Shown: positions 39,790-56,549, counted from the first letter of the stretch. The stretch is 64,000 bases of DNA from Eledone cirrhosa (GCA_964016885.1 OZ024742.1:67332001-67396000); one strand, 5' to 3'. A program made the numbers and translations. The notes: generated by a model not told the origin, from the letters alone.

Positions 39790-41308
39790 ATACTTTGGGA
39801 GGGTCATGTTGCCAATAAGAAACACACGCACCAGTTGCTTTCACTTCAATTTAATTTATTAAATATTTATAAATTTACAAATTTATAAATTTCTGGTTGG
39901 TTGGTTGGTTCCACAACCAGATAGTTGTTTATATATATATAGTCATAGTTCTTTCGTCACACACTCTGTGACCTCTTCAGTGACTGGGGATTTCTTTCTT
40001 CGTTTCTGTGCCTTTCCTTTCTTCTATCCTACGCCATTTTGTTTGTGTGTGGGTTGCGTGCTCAGTTTGCGCATGCGCCACATCCGGGTGTCTGTGTGTG
40101 TTTGTGTTCATTTTTCTATTTTTCTATTTATATTTTTCTATTTGTTTGTTTATTTATTTATTTATTGTTGGTTGGTTGTTTGTTCTATGTGTGTGTGTGT
40201 TTTCATTTTGTCTTGTGTGTGTTTTCATTTTGTGTGTGTTTTCAATTGTAAGTTGTTTGTTCTATGTGTGTGTGTGTTTTCATTTTGTCCTTAATTGTAA
40301 GTTGTGATGTTGCTGTTCCACTCATATTTTCTATTTAATTTTGGTTTTAATTCTTTTATGCTTACTGCCTCTGTAATTTGCCTAAACATTGCGTCTTTCT
40401 TGTGTGTGGATTCTATTTTTATTTCTATGCTCTCTAATTTACCCCTGTGTTCTATCTTAGCATGTTGGTAGAGCACAGATGATTCTTTACTATCTTGGAG
40501 GTCTCGCCAGTGTTCATTTATTCGTTCCCCTATACTACGAGCTGTCTCACCTATGTACACTATATTTTTGTTTCTACATTGTCCTTCAGTACATCTTATG
40601 CTATATACTACATTTCTAGTTTTACAGTTAATATGGGGGCTTATTTTACAGGTTATACATTTCTTATCTATACATGAGGGTCTTTGGAACGGGTATGTCT
40701 TGCTAATAAGTGTTTTTACGGAGGTACCAGGTCTTTCTACTATCTTAATATTGAGATTATGTTTCTTTAGGGCCCTTCTAAATTTGTAGGCTAGTTCGCC
40801 TCTAGGGGTTGTATTGGTGAACATTACGCTCTGGTATTTATTGCTATCATACCATGAGTTTATTCTATTGGCCTTGTTCTTAGTTCTTTCTATTCTATTC
40901 CAAAATTTGCTCCTATACAAGGGGCAGGTCCCATTTATGTCATTATTTACCATTTTTTCCCATTTGGTTCTGGCTCCTTTATACACTCTGATTCTATCTC
41001 TCTGATTGTAGCCAGAGAACTGCATACGGTGGATGAAGTGTTGTATGTGTCTCTCTAGTTCTTCGGGGTTGCACATGCGGGACACATTTCTCATCACCCG
41101 TACCAAATCCGCAATCAGTATGTTGATTTTGGTATGGTCCGAAATGGCCGAGTTTCGGTGGATCAGATGTTTGGAAGTCATGGGTTTGGCATAATGGGAA
41201 TGGAGGATTTGTTTTTGGTTGTTAATAGTATCTAACCAGAGCTCTGTGTCTAGTACAGGTAATCGATGGTTGGGGTGTCTACTTGGGTAGTCTATAGTAA
41301 CTCTATAG
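39790..41308 (-). mobile_element. Penelope-like element, 5'-truncated, with RT C-terminus, GIY-YIG endonuclease and 3' pLTR
   Basis: ORF 40291-41349: LPVLD, HYAKP, CIDKKCITC, NVVYSIRC...VYIGETARSIGERINEH, RQITEA...PKLN. Confidence 0.9.
39941..39985 (-). ncRNA. Minimal type I hammerhead ribozyme in Penelope pLTR
   Basis: AGTCA-CTGAAGA-G-GTCACA GAGTG TGTGAC-GAA-AG AA CT-A-TGACT. Perfect 5-bp stem I and 6-bp stem II; CUA triplet. Confidence 0.8.
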
Positions 41309-41717
41309 ACTAGGGGTGAGAAATGAAATTTCGTTTCATTATATTCCATTTATCGTTTTCGGTGTGCCCGGCCGACTTAACTCACTCGATATGCAAATTA
41401 GGCTGCTCAGCCGTTAATATGCACATGGAAAGTATAGACTTTCAGTCGTTCAACCATCTGACAGGAAGGTATACGATGCTGACGATAGCTAATAAGCTTG
41501 AAACTAGTACATCGCTCCTGTGTCAGTGTTGGAAAAAAAGGTGACGTGGTTGCCTAAACACTGACCGGCGTAATTCGGGCTGTTTGTTTGTTTACAAACA
41601 AACAAATCGAGCATTATAATAAATGTTCGGTAAACCGATATGTGAATATATATATGTGTGCATGTATGCGTATATATATACATACTACTGTACGTCTGTA
41701 TACATATATGTATGTAC
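41309..41717 (+). mobile_element. Non-coding HHR-containing repeat unit (retrozyme-like or solo pLTR)
   Basis: Contains the HHR at 41474-41514. Related fragments at 39533-39770 and 61400-61580 join its 3' end to its 5' end. Confidence 0.65.
41474..41514 (+). ncRNA. Minimal type I hammerhead ribozyme, canonical core
   Basis: CGATG-CTGACGA-T AGCT AATA AGCT T-GAA-ACTAGT-A-CATCG. GUA triplet with predicted cut after 41509. Stem I extends via ACAGGA/TCCTGT. Confidence 0.85.
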
Positions 41718-44396
<2,679 letters not shown>

Positions 44397-45109
44397 TTAA
44401 TACATCAACAGAGAAAGCTTTAAGCAATACTCCGACCGGCTTCCGTCTCACTCAACAAACATTAGGATATACCTTAGTATAATCCCAATTATACGTTTGG
44501 GCGGCTAACTATACGTATTTTGCGGATAGCCAGTTGTATTATTTTATATGAGACATAATTAAAATACATCTCTCTTTCCAAATGATCGTTTCATTATAAG
44601 TTTTCTACAAATTGGGAAAATAATGTCCTGGTTATGTAGAAGCCTACACATAGTCCGTAGGAATATATGTAGGTGGCCACTTATAAATCATCAGTGGATG
44701 CCCGACAAATATCGATATAAAAAAAAACCTTACCGATATTAATGTTCAGCGATGGTACCACTCCGTGCTAGAATGACCGCCAAATTTGAAATTCCTGCAG
44801 TCTCACAATGAGAAATCTCACACTGCCATCAAGCGGAAAGGGGAGGTCATCGCAAAACATAAAATAATAAAATAATATGCACGCGGGTCAATTAATTCTT
44901 TCAATAATTTTAACCATGCGTGAAGAACTCAATTGGATATAAAAAACTAAATATATGCATGTATTATTTATACACGCATATAGGTATTTTATTAGGCTAA
45001 AAACAGAGAAAAGATACCGGAAGAACAATCAATATTTTATACAAAGGATAAATACGGAAAGTCATACCTAAAAAGTATCTGGAAATATTCATCCCTGGCC
45101 ATATCAAGA

Positions 45110-45224
<115 letters not shown>

Positions 45225-45249
45225 TATATAAATATGCAATTCAATTCAA

Positions 45250-45830
45250 TTCAAGCCGGCCACGTACTTTTTCCACATAGGAGTGACGGAGTATATTTAG
45301 AATAAGAAAAAGCGAAGTAGTTTCAGATGTTAAAGTCCTTTAAAGATAATGCTGTGATACATAATTCAATGATGACAGTGGCCACACTCTTCTGTGTACC
45401 CAGTGCTGTAACATCATCAGACAGCTTCTAACATAATAAGGTTATGTTCCCGAGGCAATCCAAATTGAATCGACAAGGGAACGGATAAAGCGGGTGTTCT
45501 GGAATCCTTCGCCCGCTCCCTTGTGTGTCTCAATTCACCCCGACCAGTTTGCGCAGGCGCAAGTCCGAAGGAAGTTGACCATCCACTACCCCGAAAACTC
45601 TACAAAACTCGCCTAGGCAAGTCCCCTCACACCCCAACGAAACAATCATCCTGATCCTGGTCTGTAATATGACACGGTTATAGTTTACTGCTTGCCAGTG
45701 GCAGTTGACCGGAAACTAGAGGTGGAGGCAGAGTACGAGTTCCAATAGGCGTCAATACTACCCCTAAATTATGCTAGGCCAATAGAATTGACCATCCCCG
45801 CTAAGAGAATATAAACTTAATTCTAGATAT
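45250..45830 (-). mobile_element. Putative solo pLTR/LTR-like GC-rich island with degenerate hammerhead (45351-45425)
   Basis: Minus strand: GCTGT-CTGATGA-long stem II-GAAT(sic)TATGTA-TC-ACAGC. GCGCAGGCGC at 45551-45560; two CCAAT motifs. Confidence 0.45.
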
Positions 45831-45999
45831 TATGGTTTTAGAGTGGAAATTATCATTGAAAATTGGAAATTAAAAAATTACGAGTTAAAATCTTGATTGA
45901 AGTAAATAAAAAAGAAAAAATATATATAATAGCTAATAAACAGAGAGATGTTTAAATTATAGTAAGAAGTTTTGAAAGGGGGACAATAGACATATATAA

Positions 46000-46178
46000 G
46001 TAATTGTTTCTACTTTAGGCACAATGCCAGAAAATACTCAGAATATTACAGGTACTTTGTTTTATCGACCCCGTAAGGATGAAATGCAAAGTTTACCTCG
46101 GCAGGATTTGAACTCAAACTGTAAAGTGACGTAACTATACTAGAAAGCATGGCGTCCAACCCTCTACCGATAATGCCA
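46000..46178 (-). mobile_element. tRNA-derived SINE
   Basis: Reverse complement of the SINE consensus seen at 20596. Confidence 0.85.
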
Positions 46179-46342
46179 AATAAAACGTAATCATATATAC
46201 TGTATTTAAAATATTCAGTACATGAGAAAAAATTGTATCATAAATTTAAAATTATTTTCAAATTCACAGAATTAATCACATGTGTATTCACTTGGAGATC
46301 GAGTTAAATCTAAACATGATTAATTCTATAAACACTTATATA

Positions 46343-46481
<139 letters not shown>

Positions 46482-46498
46482 ATGCTGTCATATATATA

Positions 46499-46540
<42 letters not shown>

Positions 46541-46894
46541 CATACTCCTATGGAGTCCGTAGATAAAACATGACAGCATCAAATCTGGAAAAGGATAGTT
46601 TCAACTGTCAGATTACTACAATATACAGATACGTAATACATGGATTATTTAAAGCGTATCCGATAAGATTCGCTTAAGTCCAGCATGGAACACATAAGGA
46701 TTTTTCTTAACGTTCGTTGACATAAATATATAGAACACATACTGTTGTGTACAACCACACACATACAGGCACACATTCATACACAAATATGCACGCACAG
46801 CAGAAATATGACATAATTCAAAATCCAAAAATGCATAAACATCATCAGACTGAATCATATATAGAAAAATAATTCTATTATAGATATATAATAT

Positions 46895-46934
<40 letters not shown>

Positions 46935-47795
46935 TATATATATATATATATCCGTGTGTGTGCACGCGCATGTGTATATATTGACATTCATTATATATAT
47001 ATGTGTGTGTGAATGTGTGAATGTGTGTGTATCTGTGTATGTGGTAGGGGGGAGTATACACTGTATATAGTGTCTCTTTTACTCCCATGCTTCAGTTAAG
47101 TTGCTCTATGTGAAAGATTTGATGAGCTATTTCTAGCTCTTCTATCAATTTCTTTTCTGTCCACATGTCACCAAAACGTATATATCATGCGTTCATTCCA
47201 GCGTGGTTTCATCTGCCTATATTACAACAAACGTGAATGAGCTCTTCGACTGGTTTCTTAATGGACAGATTACATTTTGTTATATTATGAAAAAGACATT
47301 GCGTACTAAAAATTATTTGAGTTTTCCGATTTACTAATGTTTTATTGTAAGTATTGTATACAGTGATTTTTTTCTCTGTGATTCGAAGTAGATGTGTAGA
47401 TATAATTTAGTTATAATTAGTAATGTAAGTAATATATTTATATTAAGATTACGTGTGCACCTTGTCATATATATCATCATATGTATTAATGTTGTTTAAG
47501 TAATATTGTCAAATAAGTGTGCTCTACTATCGGTTTTACTCGCATCTTATTTCCATTGTGCTTTTTACAGAACAACGGAATCGAGATGTTTTTATATTTC
47601 GATATAATTTCGCTTGCTTTTATAAACTGCTTACATATTTCCGTTGAGATGCTCTAATAGAATGAGTTGATAACCATCTCTACATCCCGCTTCAATCTTT
47701 TTGTAGCCAACATGACGCCAAAAAAGCATGTGCAATGCAGTCATTCCTGTGTGGGTGGTATCATTTACCTATCTTACACGTATTTATTCCAGATG

Positions 47796-48001
<206 letters not shown>

Positions 48002-48588
48002 AGTACAGCATATTCGAAGTTCGATCAGCAGCTAAGCCAAGGAATGCCTTCAGCAGTGCAGCCAAGCACTCGACGATAAATAGACCTCAGAGTAATAACA
48101 TACAGTTTAAAGGGCTTTGCAAATTGAAAATAGCGACCGCTAAATCGGCCGCGTGATCTGTAGCAACGAAAGAACTGACTAGTGAGAAAAGGAAATACAC
48201 ACACACACACATACACGCATATATATATATATATATATATACATATAAACATATACATACATACATATATGCTCATATCTGTATATATAACATACCTGGA
48301 CCGTCCCTTGGAAATTACTGAATATCCAAGTGAGGTTTCTGTAAATCCGAAATCAACGAAATCCGCTTGTGGTGTATACAAGTTAGGTTCCTGGAAGATC
48401 GAACAGTGGAATTTACTTTCTAAACAGGCTTCCGTTCTAACCCAAAACCCGGTGTGGAGCACATGTTACTCCCAAGGGAGGTAACCCCGGTTTCTGGCGG
48501 TCAATTCGAAAATTATGGGAATTGGAAAAAATTCCAAACACAAACCGAATTAAGCACTCAACCAGACCGTTATAAACAAACTTAAATA

Positions 48589-48589
<1 letters not shown>

Positions 48590-48667
<78 letters not shown>

Positions 48668-48745
48668 CACACATATATATATAATATATAATATATATAA
48701 TATGTATATGTATATATATAATATATATATTTATATAATAGGTAT

Positions 48746-48823
<78 letters not shown>

Positions 48824-48841
48824 GTATATATAATATATATA

Positions 48842-48888
<47 letters not shown>

Positions 48889-48889
48889 G

Positions 48890-48947
<58 letters not shown>

Positions 48948-48984
48948 TATGTATATATAATATATATATAATATATATATATAC

Positions 48985-49066
<82 letters not shown>

Positions 49067-49090
49067 CACACACATACACACACATATATA
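48590..49090. repeat. Long degenerate (TA)n/(CA)n microsatellite field
   Basis: Direct reading. Confidence 0.95.
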
Positions 49091-51202
49091 TGGGGGGGGG
49101 TGCGTGTGTGTGTGTGTGTGTAAAAGGTAAACAGAAATAACAAAGTTATAGACACAGTACACTGAAGAAATACATTATTGTAACGCTAGAAATAATAGGA
49201 AAAGGGGCTTACATTTTCGGATATTCGTCTTTCCACAGAATAGAGAATCATAAATAAAAGATTACATAGAAAGATAAAATTGAGACGATGAAATAACAAC
49301 AAAAATATGAGCAAAAGTATACACGTACGTAAATCAGTGACATATTGAGTACTTAAATATGTATTTCAGGCAGATTTTTATAGATATTAGAAGATACGTT
49401 TATAGCTAATATGAAAATTAGTTGTTATTTATTTATTGTATACAAATAAGTAATAGGAAAGTTGAACTGAAATGAATGTGTGTTTTGAGTTTTAGAATAT
49501 ATTGAAAATATCTTAATTGAATTAAGGAAATATCAAGAAATTTAGTGATTAAGCTTATTTAACATATATGTAAATAAATATGCATAGTAACATTTAGTCA
49601 AATATTTAAAAGCATGTGAAAAATGAGAATATATGAACAGATATATAAGAGGGAGATGCAAAACTAACTATTCCTGGCATGGTAAATAATTTAGAAGGGT
49701 GTATAATGTTAATTCAAGTTCAGCGTGATATATCTGCCTCGCTTGTTGGCGATTCCTCGTGTGGCGTCCGTTCCTGGGACAGAATAAACGAGGTTACTTT
49801 TCCAATCCTAAAGAAATGACATCATGTTGAGTGAAGATATAGTATGGTCTGTTGAACCGGCCTTAATAAAATAGTAGACACTACAATTGAACACTTCTCT
49901 CTTATAAGTCAAAATTAACGGATATTAGCTGTCGAAATGGCCGGAGGTCAACCGTCAGTGTCCTGACTCTTTTCCTATTATATATATATATATGTATATC
50001 CTAAACCGACGGTAGTCGGTTTAGTAATATTGTTGTCTTAGTGATTTCGTTGGCATATATAGTATTCCACAAAAATTGAATGTTAATTATGGAAACATTA
50101 ATCATGCCTCAGAAAAAGGCTGCAATAAACAAACAGAAAACATACACACTCTCTAAACACATAGCAATATTTCTCACCTTGTAAATGAAGCTGCAAAGAT
50201 CTAATATGTTGATGTTGGCAACTTGGCACGTTCTACATAAATAATGCATCTTACTTCTAGCGAAGTATGACGTCTATGACCTCTCCAAATGGAAAACAAC
50301 CCTATCATTTTAACTCAAAGGATACTTAATACAATAATCCCAATACACATCAGTAGGGATATTTCCAGGAATATTTTATGTCCTGATAAAAGAACACCAA
50401 CGGTTATATTTGCTGTACCCGACTTATATCAGATATTCTCTGTCAGTATAATTTAAAATATTTACAAGTTATAATACCCAGGTGAATTATGAAAGCAAAT
50501 CAACACAAGAGTGACATTTATTTGCAAAGAAGACAAAGACCAATAAATCTAGGGGAAAGGAAAAGTTGATTAAATCAACCTCAGTACATTATTCTATCGT
50601 CATCGGATAGATAAAACTGAAAATTTACCTCGGCCTTATTTGAAATCATATTGTAAAGAGACAGAATAAATAACGCGCTAATATTTTATTCGACGAGCTA
50701 CTAATTCTGCCAACCCACCATCTTACATATCGATATGCAATATTGTATAAGAGATATGCAATTCAAATCACAATAAAATGCAATTTAAAGGTGGGTGGTG
50801 ATTTTACACTGATATATACAGGAAATTGCTTATATTACCTAGAAACGAACATCACAAACGTGATATTTTGGTGTCCCGCCGGAACACAAGATGAGAACAC
50901 ACAATGAAAACAATGGGTAACTGCCCCGAAGAAATACACACACACGCACAAACCCACACGATCACTCACGTACACACCTTCCCCCATATATAATCTCTCT
51001 CGCTTTCTCTCTCTGTCTCTCTCTCTCTCTATATATATATATATAGGAACGAGTAGGACCCCGACGGCCGAGCTCAAGCCGTTTCGACCCTTCCGCTCAG
51101 CCGTCGGGGTCCTACTCGTTCCTATTACCCACTCTACTACCCTAAATATTGAGTACTTTGGTGCGTTACGGTCCACCTGGTTCCTTACCACATTTCTTCC
51201 GT

Positions 51203-51279
<77 letters not shown>

Positions 51280-51282
<3 letters not shown>

Positions 51283-52116
51283 AATAAATAATCGAGAATC
51301 GAAATCTCAGCCACCGATCACGAAACACAATCTTCGAAATGTGTGGCAGAGGGCTCAATAGTTTGGGTAAACCAGAGCTATAACTATCGTTAAAATACCA
51401 ACACATAGAGACAATGCTTAAAATCATTCGCACAGCCGAAAAAACGACCAGGAAAATTCGGGTCAAACAAATAATAAATTAATAAATTAATAAATTAAAT
51501 GAATGTAAAATCTACCCGCACCCGCTAGAAAGATGTTAAAATCTAGCTTTATGGGTTTCTGCAGTTCCATAATCAATTATCGTCGGCCCACATAAAAATT
51601 ATATCTGACTTCTGGTAAAAAGATGAACGAGGAAGCGGCTTTCTCAACAGGCATTACGTTCAGAAATATAGAGACTCCCATCCCGTTACTAAACGCACAT
51701 GGAGTCAGCAAGGGAGGGAACCCTATAATAAGCGAATGAATTCAGTAAAGTGTATATTTATGTAAAAATACAAAATATCTCATATCGAATTAGAGTTCTC
51801 AACAGCGTGTTAAAATTAACAAGAGCTATTCATCAGTCAATAAGATTAACTAAAAAATCAATAAAATTAACTGGTCAATAGCTAAAGACTGGAGATAAAT
51901 ACAAATAAATAATCGAGAATCGAAATCTCAGCCCACGAAATCACGAAACACAATCTTCGAAATGTGTGGCAGAGGGCTCAATAATTTGGGTAAACCAGAG
52001 CTATAACTATCGTTAAAATACCAACACATAGAGACAATGCTTAAAATCATTCGCACAGCCGAAAAAACGACCAGGAAAATTCGGGTCAAACAAATAATAA
52101 ATTAATAAATTAATAA
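51280..52116. repeat. ~215-bp direct repeat pair (51280-51494 / 51901-52116), period ~621 bp
   Basis: Near-identical copies, both starting ACAAATAAATAATCGAGAATCGAAATCTCAG. Confidence 0.9.
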
Positions 52117-52150
52117 AATAAGAATCAAAGTTCTGATCAAATCATTTATA

Positions 52151-52197
52151 TGCTTACAATTGTTTCCTCCAAACCGAGGCTTGGGCTCTTCGGAGCA
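52151..52197 (-). ncRNA. Hammerhead-like motif, CCGAAGA variant
   Basis: Minus strand: TGCT-CCGAAGA-GC CCAAGC CTCG GTTTGG AG-GAA-ACAATTGT-A-AGCA. Confidence 0.6.
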
Positions 52198-53933
52198 ATT
52201 TATTAATGGATGATCACATATATGACCTCCTTTTCAACCCAAGAGACATACAGATACATATGCAAACATTGTTGCTTGGTAGGTCGACCACCATTATAAT
52301 TTTTAGTGTGGCAGTATACATTTAAAGGTTACATTCATATCAAAAGAGAATAACATCAAAAATTTTGTATCTCTGCCTACTAGAGACCCACACTATTATC
52401 TTCTCCAACCCAAACCTACTTAACAAAAATCTGAAGTGTTCGCGACTTGCCAGCACCGCTTCAGACATTCCTTCCATAACTTTAAACCCTATATATAGCA
52501 ATGTCAGATTTGAACCAGGCACCACCTCTAGCATCAAACACTAAGGGCACACCCTATACCACCTCCCCACACTCATTGATCCAATATAACACTAATAGTG
52601 ACATCCCTCTAGAACCCTTCGCAGCAGGAATACCCCTTTGCACATCTACTTTCGGTGTGACTGCATTCAGTTGCTTGAACTGCATTGCACCACTATTTAA
52701 TTAATGTAAAATTTAAACATTAAATTGATTTTATTGTTGGTGCTCTGTGGATGAAGTGCCATCGTTGGATAAATGAAAGACTAATTAATTTAGTAACATT
52801 GATGAGCTATATAACCTGTATGCTGGGTGCAGTGAATGAAATGCAAGTGGCGTATGAGTTGTACATATATGCAGCAATTGAAGCTCGAATTAGTGACATG
52901 ATAAGTGTGGATTCACCTCTGGTCTACCCTAGTGATAGGTATCTTTCGACATCCAATATAAAATGCACTGACCCAGAGCTTACCAGGGATTATTATAGAT
53001 AGAAGTGATTCTATAATCACCCTGCCAGGTTCTATGAGTAGACTACAATTACAATGATCATTGATTTGGAAATCTGGCTCATCGTGTGAAATATTCAATC
53101 GTGGCACTCTATAATGGAGGATAATCACCCTCATATGAACACCTTTAATACTGCTTGATAGACTACATTATAGTTAAGACACTTTAAATTTTTAGAAACT
53201 GTGTATAACCATACAAGATAGGGACTATTTTGAGACACCATTTAATATTTAGTCATAGAAATCACTGAGTTACCTCCCCTCACGCATTAACTCCCCTTAG
53301 TTACATACACACTTCCGGAAAATAATTCGATGTTGATTCAAGCAACTTAACAACCTGCTATATTGAGCTAAAGACCAACAAACTACGATACTCTAACAGA
53401 ATCGTCAAACGCCCAATATTGAATCGTCGTAGATTATGTGAGGGGCATATAATCTGGATATTATGCTCCCCGGACTGTGAAAATGGTGCTGTACATGGAA
53501 TCCATATCACACATTTCCAATATTTAATATTTATAATATTTCTCCACGCACAGGCTTCTATAACATTCGTATAAAGGATTCATTACCAGTTCAACCCCCT
53601 TAACACTCTTGATAGCCCGTTTAAGTGCTTCTATTGCATGTAACACTCTGCCGCACTATAGCATTATATAAACAAGACACACGTGCGTGCCACACGTGTA
53701 ACTATTGCACTCATTAACTGCTTATGACTATCCTATCGCATTAATTTCATGTTGTATTTTAACCTTAATTTTTGATTTTATCCCCTTTTGATATGAATGT
53801 AACCTTTAAATGTATACTGCCACACTAAATATTATAATGGTTGTCGACTTACCAAGCAACAATGTTTGCATATGTATCTGTATGTCTCTTGGGTTGAAAA
53901 GGAGGTAATATATGTCATCATCCATTAATAAAT

Positions 53934-53980
53934 TGCTCCGAAGAAGCCAAGCCTCGGTTTGGAGGAAACAATTGTAAGCA
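53934..53980 (+). ncRNA. Hammerhead-like motif, CCGAAGA variant
   Basis: TGCT-CCGAAGA-AG CCAAGC CTCG GTTTGG AG-GAA-ACAATTGT-A-AGCA; GUA triplet. Confidence 0.6.
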
Positions 53981-54193
53981 TATAAATGATTTGATCAGAA
54001 CTTTGATTCTTATAACTTATATATAACTGCTCTGTAAAACATCTGATGTTATTACATTGAGCTATTTAACTTACTGGTAATAAGGTAGTAATATATTACT
54101 GCCTATCACTATTTAGGGTTTGTAAAAATATATATAACTACAACATTTTTTTGTATTTGCATAACCATAAATAGTATCCTTATATATATATAA

Positions 54194-54227
<34 letters not shown>

Positions 54228-54350
54228 CTCACACTATATATATATATATATGTGTGTGTGTATACACTAGCACGAATTAGCCACTTTAGAGAGAGCGTTG
54301 TCATGATGAATATGTGTACTAGCATATAGAGAGACGTGTGTATATATATA

Positions 54351-54400
<50 letters not shown>

Positions 54401-54469
54401 CAGAGAGAGACAGAGAGAGAGAGAGAGGGGGGGAGAGAGGGGGAGGTGGGAAAGAGAGTACGGAAGTTA

Positions 54470-54660
54470 TATAACTCTTTCTACTTTTGGCACAAGGCCA
54501 GCAATTAATCCAGTGTATTACTGGTACTTTATTTTATCGACCCCGTAAGGATGAAAGGCAAAGATAACCTCGGCGTGATTTGAACTCAGACCATAAAGAG
54601 CCGTAACTCTTTGCTATAAAGCATGGCGTCCGACCTTCTACCGATACTGCCAACCACCGC
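54470..54660 (-). mobile_element. tRNA-derived SINE
   Basis: Full-length reverse complement copy with A box TGGCAGTATCGG and B box GAGTTCAAATC. Confidence 0.9.
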
Positions 54661-54770
54661 ACTTATCTAATATTGTTATACAACGGAAGTGTTTCGAATA
54701 GGTATTAGCGTCCTGTTTTGTAAATGTGTATATAATAATATGTGTGCGCACACACAAACATGCATATGTG

Positions 54771-54888
<118 letters not shown>

Positions 54889-55135
54889 TATATGTGTGTG
54901 CCTCTGTGTGTATGTGTAATTATATTTGTATTCCTGTGCGTGAGTTTGTGCGTTAATGTGTGTACGAGAGAAGAAAGAAATATTTATTTCTTGTTTTTGG
55001 CATTGAAAAATACATACGTATACACAAACCAGCACAAAACCTTACTCAGACACACACACACATGCACACACACACACCTACACGCACATACACACACATA
55101 CCCATACACATACACACGCACGCACACACACACAT

Positions 55136-55176
<41 letters not shown>

Positions 55177-55209
55177 AACTAATAAGAATTTGTGCTGAAG
55201 TCATTTGAA

Positions 55210-56549
55210 CAATAGAAAGGCAGCCGGTTTGGAATAAATTTTGCCTAAAGCTTGATAAACTTAAATCTAATGAAACTCTTCTTCAACTCTAATGTTACGT
55301 ACCATCAAATCCGTATAGAGAATTGGAGTAAAAGATGGATCCTTCCATTTCCAAAGAATTGGGGTCTCGTTGTCACAGAACTCATAGGGGGATTACACAC
55401 ACCGCCACAACTAGCTGAATCTACAATCCCGTGCTACTCAATCGTATCCTACTGAAGATCGAAAACATTTTGCTGAAAAACGAAAATGGCTTTCGAAGAA
55501 CTAGATCCACCTTCGACCAGATTCTTGTTGTTGACGGAGTTCATGCAAGGAACCAGAAAGTATTTCTCCTCCTAGCTGACTTTCCTAAGGCCTTTGACAC
55601 GATACGCACAGGGAAAACAGAAAAGATACTGAGTGCATACGGTATCCCAAAGGAAATTCTCAATGCCACCATGATGTTTATAGAAATACGCAATCAATTG
55701 TGGCTGGTGTCCCCTAGTAAGGCAGCTTGGCACCCTACTTGTTCATTATATGTCTAAATTGTCTTCTTCACACGACTCTAGATAAGTTGTAAATCAAAGG
55801 ACTCACTCATTAATCAGCCAGAAGCAGTTGTTTTCCAACTGTGACCATCAGAGATGCTGACTATACTGATGACCTGTCGTTAGTAACAGAGGAAGTTTGT
55901 GTTAAAGTATCTCAGATGCATAGCCTTGAAATTCTATTAATGATGTGGGTCTCTATGTCAACTCGGACAAGACAGAACATATGATGTGCAACCGGACCTG
56001 CAATATTGGAAGTCCACACCTGGAAAATCCTTGAATGATATTAAGAAATTCACATATCTTGGAAGTAAAAACGGGAATGAAAATCTGTCAAGTGATGTTC
56101 ATGTCCGAATCGGCAAAGCCTGGGCGGCTTTAAATAAATTATCAATGTTCTGGAAATCTAAGCTTCCATTACATTTGAGACGTGATTTCTTTCAATCGGC
56201 TGTACAATCAGTTCTGTTATATTGATTTACAATGTATACTCTGATCAAGCGTCTTCATAGCAAAATTGACGGAACTTATATAAGTATGCTTCGAACTTCT
56301 CTGGACATCTGGAGACTAAACCATGGTAATATACCACCAAAATCACACGTCGTCAGAGAAAGAACAAAATTCGCTGAACAATGTTGAATAAGCTCATTAA
56401 CGACATTTTTCTTTGGGAAGGAATACATAGGTACTCACATGTTCGTAGACCATATCGAAACAACATAAATATGAGGATTCCGATTGCAGACTGGAGAGAA
56501 GGAGTCATAGTGATCCGTGCAATAAGCCTGTCTGGATGATGATTATGAT
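55210..56549 (+). mobile_element. RTE-clade LINE 3' relic
   Basis: LLNRI...NENGFRRTRST...DFPKAFD...YGIP; DADYTDDL; FTYLGS...RIGKAW...QSVLLY. Ends in a (GAT)n-like tail. Confidence 0.85.

Larger units (their letters stand above)
52118..54050 (+). mobile_element. Degenerate Penelope-like element with ~229-bp inverted repeats (52118-52346 / 53785-54013)
   Basis: The inverted repeat is read directly and each arm carries an HHR-like motif. The interior has only weak RT/GIY-YIG-like traces (LNFLE..; ..FIT...PLN). Confidence 0.6.

Noticed and set aside
49700-49970. Possible RTE RT remnant
   Set aside because: Only vague similarity by eye, insufficient to support a feature.
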